From Puniceicoccaceae bacterium (GTDB lineage: Bacteria > Verrucomicrobiota > Verrucomicrobiia > Opitutales > JAFGAQ01): 64,000 bases of DNA. Location of the stretch: NCBI GenBank assembly GCA_028285755.1, contig JANQOQ010000008.1, forward strand, positions 193,399-257,398, written 5' to 3'. Numbering within the stretch: the first letter of the stretch is position 1; each line of letters begins with the position of its first letter. Below the pieces are notes generated by a model that was not told where the DNA came from, searched no databases, and saw only the letters and a program-made list of their open reading frames with translations. Positions 30,201 to 35,658 of this stretch are shown piece by piece. The position numbers and the translations under genes were made by a program.

Positions 30201-30269
30201 GGCTCCTAAAAATAAAACACATTTTCCGCTTTCAATTGAGCTTACTAGGCTAAGAGGTATTTCTGGCAT
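27210..30269 (-). CDS. SIR2-domain (SIR2_2-type, predicted NADase) protein fused to a degenerate P-loop NTPase-like module, TPR-like repeats and a C-terminal cold-shock-like beta-barrel
   Basis: 1019-aa ORF. SIR2_2 motifs: KCVLFLGAGIG (aa 16-25), VYTTNYD (N106), VIYLHG (H149), LYVGYSNSDPNW. A Walker-A-like LAPAGYGMTS (aa 360-369) has Met367 where Lys is expected, and a Walker-B-like AVFIVDNA follows. Helical repeats cover aa 655-925 (e.g. LALGQIDKALEINPKR, YLLARVYNKNGEYAQAKKVVEPAI). The tail GKIVHLARGAAWIQTDGIPMNVICPGSKWGDTILKEQSDVKCELQFNSEGALAVN resembles a CSD/OB fold. Confidence 0.85.
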   Translation of the reverse strand: MPEIPLSLVSSIESGKCVLFLGAGIGFNVTSGGKRLPTGKELAHELCDRFSIERNDDLILVSSVVEMQTDRDSLESYLATRFRDAEPDDDLKWLLSLQWRSVYTTNYDESIKRAYEQIRDIKKKPVFFTLSREVKDYHRNVEMPVIYLHGILYGERLTNIVITKNDYHLFKSQREMLFDLLKMDSTVSTVLYVGYSNSDPNWETLLRDLKDQYHPAELPRAFRVSPSTNTLEEMLLKSDGIETIPQNLTDFVSSLKSQLSDSISDFDLEKLKAEIPPDFHSLANENIAPFLRLFTSWVYVNQAPFEEKRNLDNFLKGDKPSWSLIGTGDYFERDLEEDLYNECLDYITSPMGRPSVLTVLAPAGYGMTSLLMALSVRLIKENAAPIFYLKEVGNFLDGDIEFALSATNGTAVFIVDNAARFKTRIANILHKFRENKRQVLFVLGSRKNEWNQFLATSPGGKEFEIEILSDREIGLLLGFLKKHSSLGVLNDLSPELQRAAVKNNLGQELLVTMRETTEGRSFDAILEDEYRGISDACAQEIYLSVCCFYQNGNILRTSLLAQLLNLKETELHPILNQYLDGVIVDEDINVSRGIYGVRPRHKKIAQIVWERCGESLLQESILQKALGFLNLTHKSDRDAFESFIRTDSLVDSISSLEGKTKFFETACRKDPKNMYVFQHYARMFSREKRFSLALGQIDKALEINPKRILHHTKGEILSDLAFNSESIDIARKHLIQSEVSFRNGLKIKANDEYCIHGLANIFFRWAKFIEDHDVSESAEYLAKAEREITEGINSARNKEALWILSSDISHYIGDNPKQIDSLLRAVESSHSTHLSRYLLARVYNKNGEYAQAKKVVEPAITDTPDDFRLALEYAKSILGLNLTNSEAIAVLNLAAYQGTKDPRFISILAGLYFIEKNFSKYRDTVGESKKQSFSIGERREVHFVPADKTDPSKPLYVRGKIVHLARGAAWIQTDGIPMNVICPGSKWGDTILKEQSDVKCELQFNSEGALAVNPKVMSQ

Positions 30270-30364
30270 AATTGCTACAAGAGCAATCTATTCCCTTTAA
30301 CCAGATTTAATCAAGAACACATTAGCTATAAGTTCCCAAGGATTATTCCCGGTCAGAAGGTGTT

Positions 30365-30913
30365 TTAATTGGAAAGCCAGCTTCTCTTTGCGAGTTCTTT
30401 TTCTTCAGGGCCAACAACATCCAAATATAACGATGTGGTTTCCAGTCTTTTATGACCCAACCACCTTTGCACCGTTGTAATTGGAACCTCATTCTTGATA
30501 TATGAAACTGCGTATGAGTGTCGTAGACCTTTAGGGCATGCTTTTATACCCGTAAGCTTCTCAGATACCATTATTCTTTTTATTGTCCTCCATCCCGTAG
30601 TCCTTGAGAAGCTCCACAAATATTGAGCATTGCGATTTAATTTAGCGTAAGCCCCCAATAATTTACTTGGCACGGGAATAGGACGAAAAATACCTTTTTC
30701 TCGTTGTTTGAGTGTCTCAAAAACAATCAATTTTTCAGAGAAATCGACTCTATCCCAGGTCAGGTTTAAAGCTTCGGAGATGCGACACCCTGTGTAAAAC
30801 AGTGTCAGGCAAAAGGCTCTTTTCGATAGGTCAGGCTCTTGCATGACGGCTTTGTAGAAGGCCTGTCTTTCGGCTTCGTTTAGGTATTTTCGCTGACCGT
30901 TTCTATCATACAT
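30365..30913 (-). CDS. Small catalytic-domain-only tyrosine recombinase (FimB/FimE-like size and layout)
   Basis: Catalytic residues are readable: YTGCRISEAL (R), GLRHSYAV (H-x-x-R), WLGHKRLETT (H) and SLYLD (Y). Starting at Met32 (MYDRNGQRKYLNEAERQAFY) gives 182 aa, collinear with 200-aa invertases. The ORF-track start at 31006 would read through the palindromic site B. Confidence 0.85.
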   Translation of the reverse strand: MYDRNGQRKYLNEAERQAFYKAVMQEPDLSKRAFCLTLFYTGCRISEALNLTWDRVDFSEKLIVFETLKQREKGIFRPIPVPSKLLGAYAKLNRNAQYLWSFSRTTGWRTIKRIMVSEKLTGIKACPKGLRHSYAVSYIKNEVPITTVQRWLGHKRLETTSLYLDVVGPEEKELAKRSWLSN

Positions 30914-30938
30914 TTGATTATTTTCATTTCGATAATAC

Positions 30939-30965
30939 TGAAACAGAATCCCCGATTCTGTTTCA
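30939..30965. repeat. Lox-like recombination-site candidate B (TGAAACAGAATCCCCGATTCTGTTTCA)
   Basis: Perfect 11-nt inverted arms TGAAACAGAAT/ATTCTGTTTCA flank a CCCCG centre. It is an inverted copy of site A and lies 25 nt upstream of the Met32 start of the small recombinase. Confidence 0.6.
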
Positions 30966-30968
30966 GCT

Positions 30969-30997
30969 ATGATAACATCCATAATTGGAGCAGTAAA
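30969..30997 (-). promoter_or_regulatory. Sigma70-like promoter candidate firing into site B and the recombinase-SIR2 unit
   Basis: The minus strand reads TTTACT (30997-30992), a 17-nt spacer, then TATCAT (30974-30969), ending 2 nt before site B. This is pattern match only, and the host promoter consensus is unknown. Confidence 0.25.
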
Positions 30998-31409
30998 TCG
31001 GGTCACTTGTGTATGCCTTGTTGCAGTTCTAAGCGTGGATGGCCTGGCGAAAAATTCGCATAAGAGCGCTTATGAGCTTGCCAATGAATATTCAAAGACG
31101 GGCGAAGGTGTAGGCATCATAATTCGTATTGGTAAAGTTGATATGGCACTTTTCAAGGAGCGCGGAATTTTGCCAGATTTAGTAGGTCAAAAACTTGAGG
31201 AGGTTTTAACCGAGTATAGTGTTATCAGTAAATCTTTCTGGGAGCTTGGAAACGGAGACTATACAGGAGTTGCTTTTGATCTAGGCCCGTTAACCTATAA
31301 AGATGATATTTCGGGAAAGTCCGTGTTTTCTATTAGTGGAGCAATTGCAGCTTCACCAAGGGTCGCTCAAAAGTTCAAGAACTTGCAGAAGTTCAATAAC
31401 AAATACTAG
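30969..31409 (+). CDS. Hypothetical protein (true start uncertain, probably internal)
   Basis: 146-aa ORF. The C-terminal 110 aa or so have ordinary globular composition (..SAYELANEYSKTGEGVGIIIRIGKVDMALFKERGILPDLVGQKLEEVL..). The first 40 aa or so overlap the recombinase upstream region and look non-native. Confidence 0.35.
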   Translation: MITSIIGAVNRVTCVCLVAVLSVDGLAKNSHKSAYELANEYSKTGEGVGIIIRIGKVDMALFKERGILPDLVGQKLEEVLTEYSVISKSFWELGNGDYTGVAFDLGPLTYKDDISGKSVFSISGAIAASPRVAQKFKNLQKFNNKY

Positions 31410-31422
31410 CGATACGCTACGC

Positions 31423-32190
31423 CTAGAAATTCATTCCTAATGCATCCAAAGCATTTTTTGTAGATACTGTGTCTAGCTGATTGTTTTTTTGATCCTTGCT
31501 GACTTCTTCGGTAATGCCAGATTCATTAAGTAAAGCAAAGTCAAATACCTCCAATTCTTGTTTGGCTTCTGCCAGGTCTATTACACCTTTTTGGTATCTT
31601 GCCTCAATGTCCTTTATTCTGTTTCGCTGATCTTGGGTGTCCTCGAGTTCTTTTTGAAGGATTTCATAGCGATCAGACTTATCTATAACGTTTTCCTTGG
31701 CTGCAATTATTTCTTCGCCCAGCAGCTTAGATAAGGCCACATCTGTCAAATTTTCATCAATTTGCATACCTTGCTTTTCGAGTAATGTGATAGCAGCTTC
31801 ACGATCTAATGTCCCATTGCCATCGTCATAGGATTTCAGAAGTTTTTCTGCATCGTCCACAAATTCATTTAGCTGGTTTAGCTCGGTTTCGACTGCTTCC
31901 ATTTGCGTTAATAAATTACTGATGCGATCATCAAGAACTGCTAGTTGGTCTTCAATTTGGCTTAATAGGTGATCGAGCAGTGAGCTTTTTTTGTTCTTAC
32001 CGTCCTTTTTATCATCTAGGTCTGGATTTCTTATGGTGGCACTAATAGTGCTTGAAAAGATGCTTTGGTCGGGATCAATCGCGCCACTCAAAACCTTAAC
32101 ATAGTCCTGCTTTTCCTCTTTATCGGAAATGCCTAAATAGTCTGTCGGTTTTGACTCTTTCATGTTTAATCCCTGTCTTGGTTTTCCCAT
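31423..32190 (-). CDS. Acidic coiled-coil protein, unknown function
   Basis: 255-aa ORF with long heptad-like stretches (LLDHLLSQIEDQLAVLDDRISNLLTQMEAVETELNQLNEFVDDAEKLL; EILQKELEDTQDQRNRIKDIEARYQKG). An alternative start is Met10 at 32163. Confidence 0.55.
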   Translation of the reverse strand: MGKPRQGLNMKESKPTDYLGISDKEEKQDYVKVLSGAIDPDQSIFSSTISATIRNPDLDDKKDGKNKKSSLLDHLLSQIEDQLAVLDDRISNLLTQMEAVETELNQLNEFVDDAEKLLKSYDDGNGTLDREAAITLLEKQGMQIDENLTDVALSKLLGEEIIAAKENVIDKSDRYEILQKELEDTQDQRNRIKDIEARYQKGVIDLAEAKQELEVFDFALLNESGITEEVSKDQKNNQLDTVSTKNALDALGMNF

Positions 32191-32313
32191 TATATTTCCA
32201 TATCATTAAAATGACGTTAATGCCTTTAGCATATTGGGGTATGCAGTTTAAGCTTTCGTTAAGGCTGTTCGTGTTGAACTAGCAGGAGATAAGAAACTAT
32301 TGGGGACGTAGCT

Positions 32314-32628
32314 ATGACTACAGAGAAACATTTTACAATCAAGAGCTTGGCTGAATATTGGGACTGTTCAGAGGGCTTTATTCGTGCGCGGATTGCGGAC
32401 GGGAGTTTACAGCATTTGAAAATGGGTGGTATGTATCGTATAAAGAAGGAATCCGTCCAAAGATATGAGGAGCACTGTTCATGCCGAGAGCAACCCGATG
32501 CGTTCCAGAATTCCGAATTCGCAATCTCCCAGGTAAGCCCAATCTTTACCTTTGCTGGTCAGAGAACCGCCGTTCAAAACGGATTTCAACGGGCACAGAT
32601 GATCCAGTCGCAGCGCAGCAATTCCTAG
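32314..32628 (+). CDS. Excisionase-type HTH protein (Xis-like)
   Basis: FTIKSLAEYWDCSEGFIRARIADGSLQHLKMGGMYRIKKESVQRYEE follows the HTH_17/excisionase pattern in the first 55 aa or so. The 3' 148 nt overlap the integrase gene in another frame. Confidence 0.7.
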   Translation: MTTEKHFTIKSLAEYWDCSEGFIRARIADGSLQHLKMGGMYRIKKESVQRYEEHCSCREQPDAFQNSEFAISQVSPIFTFAGQRTAVQNGFQRAQMIQSQRSNS

Positions 32629-33527
32629 CTGACTTTATCAATGGTTGGAATGCTCCACCTCCCAAAGATGTTATTACCTGTAATGAAATTATAGATCGGT
32701 ATCTTGAGCACAAGAGAAGTCACTATGAGAAAGACATTCGGTCTCAGCAAACATACGCGGGTTTGGTTTTTTGCCTAAAACCGATTAGAGAGTATTTTGG
32801 TAATCTTACAGCTAGTAGTCTAAACCGACAGCACTCCCGAAACTTCATTGAGCTTCAACGAAACAAAAATCTATCAGACGCGAGCATTCGCAAACAGCTA
32901 TCGATTTTTACGGCAGCACTTAATTTTGCAAAAGTGGAGCTTTGGATTGACGATTTTGCACCTCTCGAAAAGCCCAAGCCCCCCAGACCAAGGGATAAAT
33001 GGCTAAAACCTGATGAAGTAAAGCGATTCCTAGATGAATGTCATACATACCATATAAAGCTATTTACCCTATTGGCTTTGCATACGCTATCGAGGAAAGC
33101 TGCGATTCTCGACTTAAAATGGGAGCAGGTAGATTTTGAAAGTCGACTCATTGATTTTAACCCACCTGAAAGGGTAGATACAATCAAAAGGCGGGTGCCT
33201 GTAAGGATGAATGATACACTTTGTGGTGCATTGCTAGAGGCCAAAGATTTTTCTCAAACCGAATACGTTATCGAGTATAACGCTAAGCCTGTTTTGGATA
33301 ATAAGAAGGCTTTTGCTCGTGTGGGGGTAAGGGCTAAACTTAAATGGGTCACCCCTCACGTTTTAAGGCATACTGGAGCGACTTTACTTGCTAAGCAAGG
33401 GGTGCCTATGTGGGAAATTGCAGGCATCATGGGTGACCGTCTGGCGACTGTAGAGAAGCATTATGCGAAGCACCATCCCGACTATCTGAAAAACGCAGTC
33501 AATGCGTTGGATAATCTCTATGGATAA
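32481..33527 (+). CDS. Tyrosine-type integrase (second integration module)
   Basis: 348-aa ORF. It has an N-terminal arm-binding-like LYLCWSENRRSKRISTGTDD and a SAM-like core-binding region. Catalytic residues: TLSRKAAILDL (R), HVLRHTGATLL (H-x-x-R), GDRLATVEKHYAK (Y). Confidence 0.9.
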   Translation: MPRATRCVPEFRIRNLPGKPNLYLCWSENRRSKRISTGTDDPVAAQQFLADFINGWNAPPPKDVITCNEIIDRYLEHKRSHYEKDIRSQQTYAGLVFCLKPIREYFGNLTASSLNRQHSRNFIELQRNKNLSDASIRKQLSIFTAALNFAKVELWIDDFAPLEKPKPPRPRDKWLKPDEVKRFLDECHTYHIKLFTLLALHTLSRKAAILDLKWEQVDFESRLIDFNPPERVDTIKRRVPVRMNDTLCGALLEAKDFSQTEYVIEYNAKPVLDNKKAFARVGVRAKLKWVTPHVLRHTGATLLAKQGVPMWEIAGIMGDRLATVEKHYAKHHPDYLKNAVNALDNLYG

Positions 33528-33584
33528 GTGCGCACCAGTGAGCACATATATAATTTGGTTAAACTTCTAAGTATTTGAAAAGAT

Positions 33585-33629
33585 TGGTGGACCCTAGCGG
33601 GATCGAACCGCTGACCTCTTCGCTGCCAG
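33585..33629 (-). other. Orphan tRNA-Ala(GGC)-like 3' fragment (anticodon loop to CCA), an att-type sequence next to the second integrase
   Basis: The minus strand reads CTGGCAG CGAAG AGGTC AGCGG TTCGATC CCGCT AGGGTCC A CCA. It is near-identical in the variable and T arms to E. coli tRNA-Ala(GGC) as I remember it (GAGGTCAGCGGTTCGATCCCGCT). No complementary 5' half lies upstream, so it is not a functional tRNA. Confidence 0.8.
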
Positions 33630-33720
33630 TTTTCAGGTTAGTAGCGCACGCATTGGATTTCTGCGATTCAAAGTATTTGTGACAGTCAAGAATTAGCACC
33701 CATTCATACGTCTTTCAGTG

Positions 33721-33749
33721 ATAAGTGCGCACGTGTGCGCACATCTTAT
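33721..33749. promoter_or_regulatory. Imperfect palindrome ATAAGTGCGCAC-GT-GTGCGCACATCTTAT (operator or oriT/nic-region candidate)
   Basis: It contains two copies of the self-complementary GTGCGCAC. The 13-mer GATAAGTGCGCAC (33720-33732) also occurs at 33523-33535, overlapping the integrase stop codon, so the two copies flank the tRNA-Ala fragment. Confidence 0.4.
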
Positions 33750-33880
33750 GGAATATCCAAGTCTGTTATTTTATATTCATTTCAATAACTTATATGAATA
33801 CATGCGCAACCATTGGTCATAATTTGTTAAGAATATAGCCTTATGGTTGTAATCGTAAGTGTGTAGCATTTGCGGGGTAG

Positions 33881-33913
33881 CAAGATGTGTTTTTGTAAAC
33901 AAAAACCATCTTG
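33881..33913. promoter_or_regulatory. Inverted repeat about 105 nt upstream of mobC (oriT candidate)
   Basis: CAAGATG(T)GTTTTTG-TAAA-CAAAAACCATCTTG has 14 paired positions with a 1-nt bulge. It is followed by further short hairpins (GGGG-TGAGTAT-CCCC, GGTGC-TTT-GCACC). Confidence 0.4.
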
Positions 33914-34018
33914 GCAAGGGGTGAGTATCCCCCCGTTGCATCCCCTTTGGGCGGTGCTTTGCACCTTTTAATCACGCCGCCGGACAAAATCCCAGTGGCA
34001 AACGTAAAGGAATCTGCC

Positions 34019-34366
34019 ATGGCAAGACCCCGTTTACCGGAGAATAGCCAAAAAAGGACAAAGCAGGTGATATTCCGTTTAACAGAGGCTGAATATCACC
34101 AGTTGTCCGTTATGGCGGCGCGTGCTGGCTTTAGTGTAAACACTTTCGCCAGGTATGTAGCGTTGGCGCGAGCCAAGCGCATTATTGTGAAGACCCATGC
34201 CCGGAGCGATCCAGCCCTTATCAAGAGACTGGAACGCATCGGGCATAATTTGAATCAGCTAACGCGCTACTCGCATTGTTCGGGGCAAGTCCCTTCACAA
34301 ATCCATGAACTGTGCGCACACATTCATGACATTGTTCATCGTGACATTGAGGAGATAAACCTATAA
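34019..34366 (+). CDS. mobC: MobC-family relaxosome accessory protein (ribbon-helix-helix)
   Basis: KQVIFRLTEAEYHQLSVMAARAGFSVNTFARYVAL ... RIGHNLNQLTR matches the MobC pattern. The start is set at the internal ATG with AAGGA upstream (34019); the ORF-track start at 33911 is a TTG with non-native-looking sequence. Confidence 0.8.
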   Translation: MARPRLPENSQKRTKQVIFRLTEAEYHQLSVMAARAGFSVNTFARYVALARAKRIIVKTHARSDPALIKRLERIGHNLNQLTRYSHCSGQVPSQIHELCAHIHDIVHRDIEEINL

Positions 34367-35529
34367 TGAATCCGCATATCACCAGTGGAGGCAGTAGCTT
34401 TAGGGGTGCCTATCTTTACTATATGCACGACAAGGGAGCAAATACGCGAAATCGCATTGCCTGGACGCATACCGAGAATATGATGACGAATGACCCTGAT
34501 CTTGCTTGGAAAGTGATGAGCTATACGGCTATGGGTCAGGATCGTTTGAAGGAAGCGTCCGGCCAGAAACGAACAGGCCGCAAAACGGAAAAGCCAGTTT
34601 TGGCATATTCGCTTTCATGGCACCCTGAACAAAATCCCAATAAAGACCACATGCTTGAAGTCGCGCAGAGGTCTATCAAGATGCTTGGGTTGTCAGACCA
34701 TGAGGCGATTATTATCGCTCATCAGGACACCCCACACAAACACGTGCATGTGATTGTTAATCGGGTGCATCCGATAACGGGTTTGGTCGCAAACGGCTCA
34801 AATTCCAAACGCAAGCTTTCAGGGTTCGCTTTGGAATATGCACACGAGCATGGGTTGAACTATGCGCCGCAGCGTCAGCAGAACGCGCGTGAAAGAGAAA
34901 ACTCTTCGCACAATCGTAAAATCCAAGATGAATGGGATTCATCGCATGACGGTGAAAGCCTGATTTTCGCTTTAGAGCAAAACGGCTTTCGTTTAGCCCA
35001 TGGTAACAAGCGTCTGGTTGTGGTTGATGCATCGGGTAAAGTTCATAATCCCGTTCGCCACATCAGAGGGATTAATGCGAAAGACTTTCGTGAACGCTTA
35101 GGGTCAGAGATTTACAATGCCTTGCCTCAAATTGATGAGGTCGTTGCTGAAATTAAAGAAAAGCCGTCCAATTCTCACGAGCAATTGGAAGCCAGTTATC
35201 GTAAATACATTGAGGAGCTTAAACGCTTACATCAGATCAAAGAACGCCAGGCTGAAATCAAAGAGCTACAGAAAAAAATAAAAAATGCCCGCTGGTGGCA
35301 TAAGCTTCTGGGGATCACCCGCCGACACACGAATGATTTAAACAAAGCAAGACAGGATTACTGCAACGTCAATGAGCGTATCAAAACCCAAGTGCGTATC
35401 TGGAAAAAGGCTAAGCTTGATGCCCTTGGCAAATCAAATAACCCAACCAAGAGACCAGCAAAGCGACATATCACCAATCAAGGCAAAAGCATTGGCATGG
35501 ATACGAGTAATTCGGGTCTTAGCCTGTGA
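34366..35529 (+). CDS. Relaxase / mobilization nuclease (MobA/VirD2 family)
   Basis: 387-aa ORF. It has N-terminal SFRGAYLYYMHDKG (candidate catalytic Tyr) and the histidine triad IIIAHQDTPHKHVHVIVNRVHP. The start overlaps the mobC stop (ATAATG). Confidence 0.9.
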   Translation: MNPHITSGGSSFRGAYLYYMHDKGANTRNRIAWTHTENMMTNDPDLAWKVMSYTAMGQDRLKEASGQKRTGRKTEKPVLAYSLSWHPEQNPNKDHMLEVAQRSIKMLGLSDHEAIIIAHQDTPHKHVHVIVNRVHPITGLVANGSNSKRKLSGFALEYAHEHGLNYAPQRQQNARERENSSHNRKIQDEWDSSHDGESLIFALEQNGFRLAHGNKRLVVVDASGKVHNPVRHIRGINAKDFRERLGSEIYNALPQIDEVVAEIKEKPSNSHEQLEASYRKYIEELKRLHQIKERQAEIKELQKKIKNARWWHKLLGITRRHTNDLNKARQDYCNVNERIKTQVRIWKKAKLDALGKSNNPTKRPAKRHITNQGKSIGMDTSNSGLSL

Positions 35530-35658
35530 TTTTTATGCTAAACCATAAAGCATAAAGTGACACTTAACGGTTTATGGTTTTACACAAAAAGTATGTAATA
35601 TCAAACTTTGACTTTCAAACAACATACTTTTTGCGCAATTTTCTTGTAATTTGAAAGT

